Below are positions 31,012 to 40,759 of a stretch of DNA of 64,000 nucleotides, in pieces; positions within the stretch are counted from its first letter, which is position 1, and each line of letters begins with the position of its first letter. Below the pieces are notes generated by a model. It was not told where the DNA came from. It ran no database searches and was given only the letters and a program-made list of their open reading frames with translations. Location: positions 9,565 to 73,564 of the forward strand of contig MHOA01000007.1 of the NCBI GenBank assembly GCA_001821765.1, in the 5' to 3' direction. The translations under genes and the position numbers were made by a program. The stretch is from Candidatus Ryanbacteria bacterium RIFCSPLOWO2_12_FULL_44_26 (lineage in GTDB: Bacteria > Patescibacteriota > Minisyncoccia > Ryanbacterales > HO2-45-13).

Positions 31012-31030
31012 AATTAATGAATATTGTTTA

Positions 31031-31765
31031 ATGTTTATGGTTGAGGTTGCGATAAAAGTTGAACATCTTACCAAAGAGTTTAAAATTCCCCACGAGAGGC
31101 GTGACAGGTTAAAAGAACATTTTGTTCACCTGTTTCGTCCGCTAAAATATGAAACATTTAAGGCATTAGACGATGTTTCATTGGAAGTGAAAAAAGGCGA
31201 GTTTCTTGGTATCATTGGTCCAAATGGTGCGGGCAAATCCACATTATTAAAACTCATTGCCGGTGTTTTAAAACCAGACGCAGGATCGATTACAGTAAAT
31301 GGCAGAATATCGCCCTTTTTGGAGCTAGGGGTCGGTTTTGAGCCTGAACTTTCAGGAAAGGATAACGTATTTTTGTACGGCGTTCTTTTAGGCATTTCGC
31401 GAAAAGAAATCAAAGAGCGATATAATACCATTGTTGCATTTGCGGAACTTGAGCGATTTATGGATCAAAAGGTAAAAAACTATTCTTCGGGGATGCAGAT
31501 GCGCCTCGCTTTCGCGATTACTGCCCACGTCGATGCTGATATTCTTCTTGTGGATGAGGCACTTGTTGTTGGGGATGAGAGTTTTCAACAAAAATGTCTT
31601 CAGACAATGGATCGGCTGAGTGAGGAGGGGAAAACAATTATTTTTGTTTCTCACGATCTTGATCAGGTAATCGACTTATGTATTTCCGCACTACTTATTA
31701 CCAATGGAAAGGTTCGATGTAGTGGCACTAGTGAGGATGTAGCTAAGATTTATCTAGCTCAATAA
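31031..31765 (+). CDS. wzt: ABC transporter ATP-binding protein, polysaccharide/teichoic-acid export type (Wzt/TagH-like, no C-terminal carbohydrate-binding domain)
   Basis: Walker A GPNGAGKST, signature YSSGMQMRLAFA, Walker B ILLVDEAL, H-loop SHDL. Confidence 0.8.
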   Translation: MFMVEVAIKVEHLTKEFKIPHERRDRLKEHFVHLFRPLKYETFKALDDVSLEVKKGEFLGIIGPNGAGKSTLLKLIAGVLKPDAGSITVNGRISPFLELGVGFEPELSGKDNVFLYGVLLGISRKEIKERYNTIVAFAELERFMDQKVKNYSSGMQMRLAFAITAHVDADILLVDEALVVGDESFQQKCLQTMDRLSEEGKTIIFVSHDLDQVIDLCISALLITNGKVRCSGTSEDVAKIYLAQ

Positions 31766-31772
31766 GGGTTTT

Positions 31773-32699
31773 ATGTCCTTTGTTTTTAATGTAATTGTAA
31801 AAATTGAAAAAGGCACACAGGGTAACCCTGCTCGCCAGTATCTAGGAAGATTTATACGTTTTATTTTCCCCAAATTTTGGTTTTCGACATTTTTAATGAG
31901 ATTAATCGAAGAATGGCGCAGGACTATTTCTGTTACCGTGCAAGGTAAATCAATGTATGTCAATCTTAAGGATAAGGGAGTTTCACTGTCACTTTACCGT
32001 GATCACATCTGGGAACCTTATGAAACATCGCTTTTATTAAAATTACTTAAACAGAAAATGACTTTTGTCGATATTGGGGCTAATATCGGTTATTACACAG
32101 TTTTGGCTTCCGATGCTGTTGGGCCCCAAGGAAGAGTTTTTGCTTTTGAACCAGATCCAGTTAACCTCGACTTACTTAGAAAAAATATACGGATTAATCA
32201 TTGTTCCAATATTATCATTGAACCAAGAGCAGTGTCAGACAAATCAGGGCATGGTCAACTCTACTTATCTAAAATTTATTTCGGAGATCATAGAATATAT
32301 AAGTCGCACGATAATGAGATTTACAATTTAGGAGTAGAACGAAGTACAATATCTATCGGAGAAGTTGCTTTAGATGAATATTATGACATAAATCCAAAAG
32401 GAATAGATGTGGTAAAAATGGATATTCAAGGCGCTGAGTATAAAGCGTTGCAGGGCATGAAAGAGACACTTAAGAAAAATAAAGATATTATCATGGTTAG
32501 TGAATTCTGGCCTCATGGATTGTTTCAGGCGGGCGCTAACCCTAACACCTTTTTGCAAGAACTTGTTGACCTTGGATTTATGATCTACGACTTTGCTATC
32601 TTATGTAAAATTCCTGTTTCACCAAAGGTAGTTCTTACTCGCTTGAAAGGAACAGAGCACACCGATTTACTTTTTATACGTCGTATTTTAAATGTATAG
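31773..32699 (+). CDS. FkbM family methyltransferase
   Basis: FVDIGANIGYYTV...RVFAFEPDPVNLDLL matches the FkbM (TIGR01444) core. Confidence 0.75.
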   Translation: MSFVFNVIVKIEKGTQGNPARQYLGRFIRFIFPKFWFSTFLMRLIEEWRRTISVTVQGKSMYVNLKDKGVSLSLYRDHIWEPYETSLLLKLLKQKMTFVDIGANIGYYTVLASDAVGPQGRVFAFEPDPVNLDLLRKNIRINHCSNIIIEPRAVSDKSGHGQLYLSKIYFGDHRIYKSHDNEIYNLGVERSTISIGEVALDEYYDINPKGIDVVKMDIQGAEYKALQGMKETLKKNKDIIMVSEFWPHGLFQAGANPNTFLQELVDLGFMIYDFAILCKIPVSPKVVLTRLKGTEHTDLLFIRRILNV

Positions 32700-32747
32700 T
32701 GCGCTAGCTCCTTATCAAAGGATATCGGGAATGATTGGTTAAACTTT

Positions 32748-33353
32748 ATGGAGTGGAAGGATTTTTATACTAAAAAAGAAGTAACGCCGCATTTTGTTCT
32801 AGAAAATATTTGCGTCCATCGAGCACTCCTCACAGAGATTTTTAAGGAGCGGCCCCGAGCGGTGCTCGAAGTAGGTATTGGAACAGGAACAATGAGTGCC
32901 TTCCTGTCCTTATCTGGCATAGAATGTATTGGGGTTGATAATAACGACGCAATCGTAACAGCGGCGAATGGTGTTAATAAAATCTTAGGAGCGCACGCAA
33001 TTTTTCATAAAGCCGATGCATCATCTTTACCATTCAAAAATCTCTATTTTGACATCGTATTCTCTCAGGGTTTTTTTGAGCATTTTACGGATGACGCGAT
33101 AATAATTTTTTTACGAGAACAATTGCGTGTGGGAAAGAAGGTTATATTGAGTGTTCCTAACAACTTCTATCCAAAAAAAGATATTGGGAATGAACGTCTG
33201 CTAACAAAAGAATACTGGGATGGGTTTTTAAGTAGTAATTTCAGGATGCTTTACTCGACCAATTATTATGAATTTTCCAAAGAAGTTGCTGGTTGGTGGA
33301 ACAAAAAAATTGAAAGAGCGCTTGTTATGTATATGGCTAAGATATCTTTATGA
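32748..33353 (+). CDS. class I SAM-dependent methyltransferase
   Basis: VLEVGIGTGTMSAFLSL glycine-rich motif I, acidic motif II GVDNND. Confidence 0.6.
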   Translation: MEWKDFYTKKEVTPHFVLENICVHRALLTEIFKERPRAVLEVGIGTGTMSAFLSLSGIECIGVDNNDAIVTAANGVNKILGAHAIFHKADASSLPFKNLYFDIVFSQGFFEHFTDDAIIIFLREQLRVGKKVILSVPNNFYPKKDIGNERLLTKEYWDGFLSSNFRMLYSTNYYEFSKEVAGWWNKKIERALVMYMAKISL

Positions 33354-34510
33354 GGATTGGAGTAGATGTTAGACCGCTACATATTGCTACCTCACGTACT
33401 CGTGGCATCGGAATCTATGTTGCTAATTTAGTCCAAGAATTAAAAAAGTATCAAGCGTATGAAATCGTGCCGTATGCACAATCAAACGCCGTTGTTGATT
33501 TTTTGAGGAGAGAAACGTCCTTTAGGTCCCGAAGACGTACTTTATATAGGATGGAACGCGCCGAATGGCTTATACGGTCGCTTTTTATAAAACATAAAGC
33601 GAAGAAAGATCATATTAGCATCTTTCACTCGACGGATCCGCTGAGTGTTTTACCGCCCTCGAGATTTTATAGGGCAGTTGCGACGGTCTACGATATTATC
33701 CCCCTTTTATTTGAGGAAGACTTCAAACATAAAAATTTTTATGGGCGCTATTTATATAAACGTGCTCTTCAACAATTAAAAAAAATGGATAAAATTATAA
33801 CTTTATCGTATACCTCCCGTGAAGACATTCATCATGTCTTAAGAATTCCGAGAGAGAAGATTGTACCGATTTACCTCGGAGTAGCCCCGTATTTTAAACC
33901 CACCAATGACCACAATCAGGTCTTGCGAGTAAAAGAGAAATACGGTGTCAAGGGAAAATATATCCTCAATGTCGGTGGTGTTGATCATAGAAAAAATATT
34001 ATACGACTCCTTGAGGCTTATTCCCTCCTATCTAAAAAGGGTTACAAAGAAAAAGTTTATCTTGTACAGGTTGGTGGAGACATAGAACTAAACTTACATC
34101 AACGATCTAAAATTTTTAACAAGATGCAAGAACTTAAGCTGGATAAGTCGGTTATCTTCTGTGGCGCTGTTGATACCGCTGATTTAGTTGTCTTGTATAA
34201 TGGAGCAGAACTCCTTTCTTTTCCCTCTCTTTATGAAGGGTTTGGTCTTCCCCTAATTGAAGCTATGGCTTGTGGTACACCTGTGGTTACCTCTAACGTG
34301 CCTTCACTTAAAGAAATTTCCGGAGATGCGGCAGTCTTTGTCAATCCAATGAATACTGAGGACATATCAATTGGTATTCTAAAGTTGTTATCTGATAATG
34401 ATCTTAGGAAATCTCTAAAAGAAAAGGGGTTAAAACGAGCGGCAAACTTTACATGGGAGAAAACGGCACAGGAAACTGCGAAAGTATACGAAGAAATACT
34501 GACCACGTGA
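33350..34510 (+). CDS. glycosyltransferase family 4 (GT-B, group 1)
   Basis: C-terminal SLYEGFGLPLIEAMACGTPVVTSN (EX7E-type motif). Confidence 0.8.
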   Translation: MRIGVDVRPLHIATSRTRGIGIYVANLVQELKKYQAYEIVPYAQSNAVVDFLRRETSFRSRRRTLYRMERAEWLIRSLFIKHKAKKDHISIFHSTDPLSVLPPSRFYRAVATVYDIIPLLFEEDFKHKNFYGRYLYKRALQQLKKMDKIITLSYTSREDIHHVLRIPREKIVPIYLGVAPYFKPTNDHNQVLRVKEKYGVKGKYILNVGGVDHRKNIIRLLEAYSLLSKKGYKEKVYLVQVGGDIELNLHQRSKIFNKMQELKLDKSVIFCGAVDTADLVVLYNGAELLSFPSLYEGFGLPLIEAMACGTPVVTSNVPSLKEISGDAAVFVNPMNTEDISIGILKLLSDNDLRKSLKEKGLKRAANFTWEKTAQETAKVYEEILTT

Positions 34511-35689
34511 TTGATCGTTGCTATGAACATTCTCTTTATTAGTCCCTCTCCGCCATCACGATTTCATCGGATTAGAACATTAAATCTCATAAAATATCTT
34601 AGTTTGTCTCATAAGATATATTTAGTATCGCTTACCTTCGAGAGAGAAAATGATACAAAAGAATATGAGCCATTTTGTCAGGAACTTAAATTAGTCTATC
34701 AGCCAAAAGCGAAAGCTCTCGCCAACTCGGCTCTTTTTTTGTTTACTCCAGTCCCATTGGAGGTTGCCTACTGCCGAAATAAAAAAATGAATTCAACCGT
34801 GAAAGAAATGATGAAAGAAAAAAGAATTGATCTCATCTATATTAAACGCCTACGCGCTGCCCAATTCGTTGATCCAGAAACTACCATTCCCGTCGTTCTT
34901 GATACCACCGATGCGATGAGCCGATATTACCGAGAAGCTACAAAGAGCGCTCCCTGGTACCGGAAGCCCCTCTTCCTTGAGGAGCAATTCAAGTACCGCC
35001 TCTATGAAAAACGAATGTCTCGAGCATTTAAGAACTGGGTGGTATGCTCGCCTGTCGAGCTGGAATATCTAAAGAGGCGAACATCGGCCGATGTAAAATT
35101 TTTTCTTGTTCCTAATGGTGTTGATACTGATTTCTATACGCCGACGGATTTTGCGCCAGAGCGACACTCCATACTTTTGAGTGGTCTTATGGATAAATTT
35201 GTAAATATAGAGGCTGCTCAATATTTTATAAAAGATATTTTGCCAGCGATTTTAGAGAAAATTCCTGATGTCAAGCTCTATATCGTTGGTCCCAATCCAC
35301 CGCTATCCCTAAGGAAATTGGCTCGCCATAATATTATAATCACTGGAGGAGTAGAGGACTTAAGAGGATATATATCAAGGAGCAAAGTTGTCGTGGTACC
35401 AATAAAGACAGGGACAGGAACTAGAAATAAAATACTCCAATCATGGGCAATGGCAAGGCCAGTGGTGACGACTTCTAAGGGGCTTCAAGGTCTTAAAGCC
35501 ATTGACAACGAGCATGTTTTTGTGGCTGATGATCCCAAATTGTTCGCCGACAAAATTATAATGCTTCTCAAAGATGATACTCTCCAGAAAGAACTGATCC
35601 AAAATTCACTTAAACTTGTAGAAGAAAAATATGCCATGAAAACAATAGTTGACGAACTAAACACCATCCTCCAACGTGTGGCTTCTTGA
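34511..35689 (+). CDS. glycosyltransferase family 4-like (GT-B)
   Basis: C-terminal GT-B donor-binding region KTGTGTRNKILQSWAMARPVVTT; start adjacent to previous stop. Confidence 0.65.
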   Translation: MIVAMNILFISPSPPSRFHRIRTLNLIKYLSLSHKIYLVSLTFERENDTKEYEPFCQELKLVYQPKAKALANSALFLFTPVPLEVAYCRNKKMNSTVKEMMKEKRIDLIYIKRLRAAQFVDPETTIPVVLDTTDAMSRYYREATKSAPWYRKPLFLEEQFKYRLYEKRMSRAFKNWVVCSPVELEYLKRRTSADVKFFLVPNGVDTDFYTPTDFAPERHSILLSGLMDKFVNIEAAQYFIKDILPAILEKIPDVKLYIVGPNPPLSLRKLARHNIIITGGVEDLRGYISRSKVVVVPIKTGTGTRNKILQSWAMARPVVTTSKGLQGLKAIDNEHVFVADDPKLFADKIIMLLKDDTLQKELIQNSLKLVEEKYAMKTIVDELNTILQRVAS

Positions 35690-36734
35690 TATCATTGTCG
35701 TTCTTGGGGGCTTTTCTCTCGCCTACGGCCTTCGTGAATTTGCCCTGCCTCTTCCTTCGATCCAGCCGTTATCTTTCTACTCTTCTTTTATTATTGCCTC
35801 GGTTGTAGCTTTTGTGTTTTCTTTCACCTTTTTTGGAGTTTACGACAGAAAAAGAGTGCTTCTGTCACTTTCATATTTGGTTGATTTTTTAAAAGGGCTT
35901 TTTCTTTGGGGTGCCTTTGTAGTGGCTTTTTCCTATTTTACAAGAACTGATTATTCAAGAGCGGTGGTCATTATGTTTTTCGCTTCAGCTTCCGGTTTCG
36001 CGTATATATCGCGCTTTTTTCTTGCGTGGCGTCTCTCGCGAGCTACGAAAGAAAATGGGGATACGGAAATCAAAAACACGATAAGTGAAATGGTTCGTCT
36101 TTCAAGAGTTTCTTCCGATGAGCTTTCGTTATTGGAAGGATTGCGTGTGCGCAGAATACCGGGCGCGTTTTATTTCATCACAAAGCGCATTATTGATATA
36201 GTGTTTGCGATCATTGGTCTTTTGTTTACTGTATTACTGTTTCCGCTGATCTCTTTTTTTATCCGGAAAGACAGCCCGGGGAAAACACTTATAAAGCAGG
36301 ACAGGATTGGATTGAATGGAAAAAAGTTTGTGATTTATAAGTTCCGGACGATGAAAATCGAAACGCCGCTTTATGAACAATCTCCAAGAGATAGCGGCGA
36401 CAGCAGGATAACAAAAGCAGGGAGAGCGCTGAGAAAGTATAGTATAGATGAGTTTCCTCAATTCTGGAATGTTTTAAAGGGAGATATGAGTGTCGTTGGC
36501 CCGAGGCCGGAAATGCCTTTTGTTGCGGAAAGGTATAACGAGTGGCAGAAAATCAGACTTACAGTAAAGCCCGGCATTACCGGAGCATGGCAAATATTGG
36601 GAAGGAAAGATATCCCGCTTGAAGAGAATTTGGAATACGACATTTATTACGTTTTCCACCAATCGTTGTTTTTGGATCTTGCAATCATTTTAAAAACCGT
36701 TCCTCATCTTTTGTTTCCGCGCGGAGCATATTAA
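35676..36734 (+). CDS. undecaprenyl-phosphate sugar phosphotransferase (bacterial sugar transferase, WbaP/WcaJ-like)
   Basis: KRIIDIVFAIIGL...KFRTM...DEFPQFWNVLKGDMSVVGPRPE...KPGITGAWQ are the hallmark PF02397 motifs. Confidence 0.8.
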   Translation: MWLLDIIVVLGGFSLAYGLREFALPLPSIQPLSFYSSFIIASVVAFVFSFTFFGVYDRKRVLLSLSYLVDFLKGLFLWGAFVVAFSYFTRTDYSRAVVIMFFASASGFAYISRFFLAWRLSRATKENGDTEIKNTISEMVRLSRVSSDELSLLEGLRVRRIPGAFYFITKRIIDIVFAIIGLLFTVLLFPLISFFIRKDSPGKTLIKQDRIGLNGKKFVIYKFRTMKIETPLYEQSPRDSGDSRITKAGRALRKYSIDEFPQFWNVLKGDMSVVGPRPEMPFVAERYNEWQKIRLTVKPGITGAWQILGRKDIPLEENLEYDIYYVFHQSLFLDLAIILKTVPHLLFPRGAY

Positions 36735-36744
36735 ACTGTAAGAT

Positions 36745-38379
36745 ATGCATTTGAAGGATTATATCATTGAAAGCCTTTTTGTATTGCTTATTTTTATTCC
36801 CGCCTTTTTCTATGGCGGGCGCTCAAACACGGCACTATTCCTCTTTTTTGCTTTGTTAGCAGCGGCCGTTTTTTTTCAACGAAACTCGTTTATACCGCCC
36901 CACGTCCAGCATCCGTTTTGGATTTTTTTTGTTTTTCTTATATGGGTCATTATTCAAACAATTTTTTTCTCGCGCGTTCCTTACATATCTTCGCAGCTTT
37001 TTCTGCCGTTTGCCGGAGCCGGAATGCTGTATCTTGTTGGACTAAAAATCAGAAGAGCGGTTTTTGCCCCGATGCTTGTTGCCGGCGCCGCAGTGCTTGT
37101 TGTTATTGGCCTTATCTTTTTTATACAATCAGAAAACTTTTCATATCTGCGCCTTATATCAACGTTTTTCCATCATAACGGTTTTTCGGGATTTCTCATT
37201 TTACTAGCCACCCTTTCAGTATGGTTTGCGCTTTCCAATAGACCAAGCGTTCCAATACTTGCGTTCTTCGCGGCGTTTCTCATTATCACCGGATTTATTC
37301 TTACATTCTCGCGCGGGGGATACATCAGTTTGGGTGTTTCGTTACTTATATTTTTAATCATATTATGGAAGTCCTCGCTTGCAACGAAATGGTATATAGG
37401 GAAACTCGGGATTTTAGCACTCCTTATTATATTAAGCATCGGCGCCGCATATGGCATTTTTTCTTTCAAAGGAATACAAGCGCGGCGCGCGGCAATCGCG
37501 GAAGCAGGAACGGAAGAAAAAGTAAAAGTCGCCGCTCCCCACGAATTTGAAAGGCCCGGTGAGACTGGATTGACAGCGCGGCTTTATTATATGAGGCACG
37601 CGTTCCTTTTATTTAAGGAAAGGCCGCTTACCGGTTTTGGCCTCGGGTCGTTTGGCACGGAAGCCAGAAAAGTGCAAGACGATGTTCGTTTTTTCAGCAG
37701 TGATCCTCATAATCTCTATCTTCGGTTTGCTTCAGAACTCGGTGTTATTGGAATAGGCCTTTTCCTTATTTTTATTGTGTGGATACTCGCTATCGGTTTA
37801 CGGTACCTGTTGCAAAATAAGGAGGATCTGTTATACGGCGCTTTTTATGCGGGATTTGTTGGCATGCTGATACATAACGGCGGGGACGTTGATTTTCAAT
37901 TTCCTGCCAACATCTTTCTTCTTTTTGCTATAAGCTCGATTCTGTCAAATCCTGCTTCTCAATCAACCACGCTGGTGGCGCCGGCGCGGTTATGGAAGTT
38001 GGGAGTTTGGGGGAGTACAATAATCTTATTCATCGCCTCTGTATTCGTGTTGCTTGATAAAATCCCTGTTCAGCAAAACGAAAGAGTTGTTGAACTTCGC
38101 CGAGCGTATTTGTTAAGCCAGGAAGGCAGTTTTTCAGAAGCAGAAAAGTCATACAAAAAAGCGCTTCAGCTCGCACCTTACAAAGACCTTGAGCCTGTTT
38201 TTGGCCTTGTTGATATATATATGCAGGCAGGGCAATTGTCGCAAGCCAAATCCGTTGCAGAAGATGCTATAAAACGTTTTCCCGCTGAAGCGCTCGATGC
38301 TCCTATTTGGGTTGATCCGGCCAAAGAGGCAATAAAAAAACAGGTTCTGTTGCTGCAAAATTTTGTGGAAGGATTATAA
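36745..38379 (+). CDS. O-antigen ligase-like (Wzy_C) membrane protein with C-terminal TPR
   Basis: TFSRGGYISLG and FGLGSFG motifs typical of Wzy_C; ~12 TMs; C-terminal TPR-like repeats. Confidence 0.6.
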   Translation: MHLKDYIIESLFVLLIFIPAFFYGGRSNTALFLFFALLAAAVFFQRNSFIPPHVQHPFWIFFVFLIWVIIQTIFFSRVPYISSQLFLPFAGAGMLYLVGLKIRRAVFAPMLVAGAAVLVVIGLIFFIQSENFSYLRLISTFFHHNGFSGFLILLATLSVWFALSNRPSVPILAFFAAFLIITGFILTFSRGGYISLGVSLLIFLIILWKSSLATKWYIGKLGILALLIILSIGAAYGIFSFKGIQARRAAIAEAGTEEKVKVAAPHEFERPGETGLTARLYYMRHAFLLFKERPLTGFGLGSFGTEARKVQDDVRFFSSDPHNLYLRFASELGVIGIGLFLIFIVWILAIGLRYLLQNKEDLLYGAFYAGFVGMLIHNGGDVDFQFPANIFLLFAISSILSNPASQSTTLVAPARLWKLGVWGSTIILFIASVFVLLDKIPVQQNERVVELRRAYLLSQEGSFSEAEKSYKKALQLAPYKDLEPVFGLVDIYMQAGQLSQAKSVAEDAIKRFPAEALDAPIWVDPAKEAIKKQVLLLQNFVEGL

Positions 38380-38411
38380 TATAAAGTATTATTTATAATC
38401 GGTTATTTTTT

Positions 38412-39203
38412 ATGAGAATCACCATAAAAGATGCGCTCAATATCTCAATTATTATCATACTGCTTGTTGGGGCTTATGGCGTTTGGAATTTTGTGCGCTC
38501 ATATGCTGAAAGCATTGATCCTTCATCTTTGCGCAGTTTTACTGTTACGGGAGAAGGGAAAACTGTGGCTGTTCCTGATGTGGCGATATTTCATTTTAGT
38601 ATCATCACAGAGGGCGGAACGGATCTCGGGGGCTTGCAGTCAAAGAATATAAAAGATGCAAATAGCGCTATTGCGTTTGTGAAATCTGAAGGTGTTGACA
38701 GCAAGGACATCAAAACAACAAGCTATAACATACAGCCGAGGTATCAGTATTATGATTGCCGTATCTACGGGCCGCTTGGGGAAGGGAGCGCTGAACCGTG
38801 TCCGCCGCCTAAGATAGTTGGCTACACGGTCACGCAAGCAGTGCAGGTGAAGGTAAGAGATTTTGATAAAACGGGGAATATTCTTTCCGGCGTTGTTGAT
38901 AGAGGAGCAAACGATGTTTCCGGGCTCACTTTTACCGTTGACGATCCGACGGAACCGGAAACTCAGGCGAGAACTGAAGCAATCGCCAAGGCAAAGGAAA
39001 AAGCGCAGGCGGTTGCAACAGCAGGCGGCTTTCGGCTTGGCAAACTTATTTCAATTGACGAGGGGTTCTATGCGCCCGTGCCTTATTATAAACTTGGTGT
39101 TGGGGGTGAGGTTGCCAGCAGAGCGGACACTACTCCTCCATCAATTGAGCCCGGCTCGGAGGAGGTGAGAGTAAATGTGACTCTCCGGTTTGCTATTGAA
39201 TAA
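38412..39203 (+). CDS. SIMPL domain protein (DUF541 family)
   Basis: N-terminal TM/signal; the TVTGEGKTVAVPDVAIFHFSI...GYTVTQAVQVKVRDFDK...GLTFTVDDP layout matches the SIMPL family. Confidence 0.6.
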   Translation: MRITIKDALNISIIIILLVGAYGVWNFVRSYAESIDPSSLRSFTVTGEGKTVAVPDVAIFHFSIITEGGTDLGGLQSKNIKDANSAIAFVKSEGVDSKDIKTTSYNIQPRYQYYDCRIYGPLGEGSAEPCPPPKIVGYTVTQAVQVKVRDFDKTGNILSGVVDRGANDVSGLTFTVDDPTEPETQARTEAIAKAKEKAQAVATAGGFRLGKLISIDEGFYAPVPYYKLGVGGEVASRADTTPPSIEPGSEEVRVNVTLRFAIE

Positions 39204-39238
39204 AAACCATCACCACAATAGGGTTTACACGGCGAGCT

Positions 39239-40339
39239 GTGTTTTCATTGTTTATGTTGGAGTATGCAAAAACATATACTGTTGAGAGTGTTACAGCGGG
39301 GCATCCGGATAAGATTTGTGATCAGATTTCCGATGCTATTTTGGATGCATGCCTTCGTCAGGATTCCCAAAGCCGCGTTGCCATAGAATCATTCGGTGCA
39401 CACGGTCTTTTGGTGATTGGAGGAGAGGTGACAACGGACGCGAAAGTTGATGTTAAGAACATTGCTAAAGATGTTTATAAAGATGTTGGGTATGACGATG
39501 CAATTAATATCATTACCAATGTTGTTGCGCAATCGCCAGACATCGCGCAAGGCGTGGACACCGGAGGAGCCGGAGACCAGGGAATTATGTACGGTTATGC
39601 AACGGATGAGACAGAAGAGTTTTTACCAAAAGGCGTTGTACTGGCGCACAAGCTTGTGAAGGGGCTTGAACGATTGCGCGTAAGCGGTGCAGTCCCTTGG
39701 CTTGGTCCTGACGGAAAGTCTCAAGTAACAATGGAAGGGGGAAAAACCAAAGCGATTCTTATAGCCTGCCAGCATGCCGAAGATGTTTCTCTTAAAGAAA
39801 TCCGCCAGACAATTACCGATAAACTTATTCAACCGTTTATAGGTGATGTTTCCCATACCGAAATACTCGTAAATCCAACCGGAAAGTTTGTACGAGGCGG
39901 TTTTGCCGCAGACACGGGTCTTACCGGAAGAAAAATCATGGTAGATACCTATGGAGGCCTTATTCCTCACGGCGGAGGGTGTTTTTCAGGGAAAGATCCC
40001 ACTAAAGTTGATCGCTCCGCTGCTTACATGGCGCGATTTGCGGCAAAAAATATTGTAGCGGCCGGGCATGCAAAGAGGTGTCTTATATCAGTTTCATACG
40101 CTATCGGGCGCGCAGAACCATTGATGGTGGAGGCAATAAACGAAAAAGGGGAAGACCTCGCATCGTTCGTAAAAGAGCTGTTTGATTTTCGTCCATTGGC
40201 AATCATTGAGCGGTTGAATCTCCGTCGTCCCATCTATCGCCAAACCGCTTCCTACGGACATTTTGGAAGGGAGGGCTTTCCGTGGGAGGAGATTGTTTTG
40301 CAGTTTCCAAAGAAACGCTTCTTAAGGGGTTATATATAA
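39239..40339 (+). CDS. metK: S-adenosylmethionine synthetase (bacterial type)
   Basis: GHPDKICDQISD, GAGDQGIMYGYA, GGGCFSGKDPTKVDRSAAY, ASYGHFGR align with E. coli MetK along the full length; start may be the internal Met at 39254. Confidence 0.9.
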   Translation: MFSLFMLEYAKTYTVESVTAGHPDKICDQISDAILDACLRQDSQSRVAIESFGAHGLLVIGGEVTTDAKVDVKNIAKDVYKDVGYDDAINIITNVVAQSPDIAQGVDTGGAGDQGIMYGYATDETEEFLPKGVVLAHKLVKGLERLRVSGAVPWLGPDGKSQVTMEGGKTKAILIACQHAEDVSLKEIRQTITDKLIQPFIGDVSHTEILVNPTGKFVRGGFAADTGLTGRKIMVDTYGGLIPHGGGCFSGKDPTKVDRSAAYMARFAAKNIVAAGHAKRCLISVSYAIGRAEPLMVEAINEKGEDLASFVKELFDFRPLAIIERLNLRRPIYRQTASYGHFGREGFPWEEIVLQFPKKRFLRGYI

Positions 40340-40343
40340 TGGT

Positions 40344-40751
40344 ATGTCGTATGAAATTCTTAAGCATACGGCGGATATAAGGTTGCATGTAACAGCCAAT
40401 TCGTATAAATATTTGCTGTCTGAAGCCTTAGCTGGCGTATGTAATACACTGAAGGAGCATGTTGACAAGTCAAGTCCGGAAATCGTAAGAAATGCTATTG
40501 TTGAGTCGGCAGACAGAACAGCGCTGTTGGTTGATTTCTTAAATGAAGCACTCGCACTTGCGCACATTAATAAGGAAGTCTATATCGGAGTTATTTTCAC
40601 ACATTTTTCAGATACAGCCCTCCGAGCCCAATTAACCGGTCGAGGGGTATCAGGCTTTGATAGAGATATTAAAGCGGTGACATACCACGAGGCCGAGGTT
40701 TTGCAAAATGAGGAAGGGAAGTGGGAAGTAACGCTTGTTTTTGATATTTAA
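40344..40751 (+). CDS. archease
   Basis: MSYEILKHTADIRLHV N-terminus and ~135-aa length typical of archease (PF01951), the RtcB activator. Confidence 0.75.
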   Translation: MSYEILKHTADIRLHVTANSYKYLLSEALAGVCNTLKEHVDKSSPEIVRNAIVESADRTALLVDFLNEALALAHINKEVYIGVIFTHFSDTALRAQLTGRGVSGFDRDIKAVTYHEAEVLQNEEGKWEVTLVFDI

Positions 40752-40759
40752 GGTGTTGC

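Larger units (their letters stand above)
30330..31013 (+). mobile_element. HUH tyrosine transposase (IS200/IS605 TnpA-like / REP-associated RAYT-like)
   Basis: PGEYYHVYSRGN, HUH motif MPNHFHLTL, YFNTRYERSGHLFEAPFQAVHIEDNEQLLYLSAYVHRNQ with catalytic Tyr region, YPWSSY; matches the COG1943 pattern. Confidence 0.7.

Noticed and set aside
39239-40339. Archaeal-type SAM synthetase (considered because of the archease/RtcB neighbourhood)
   Set aside because: The sequence aligns block for block with bacterial MetK (GHPDKI.DQISD, GAGDQG, DRSAAY, ASYGHFGR), so it is an ordinary bacterial-type metK.
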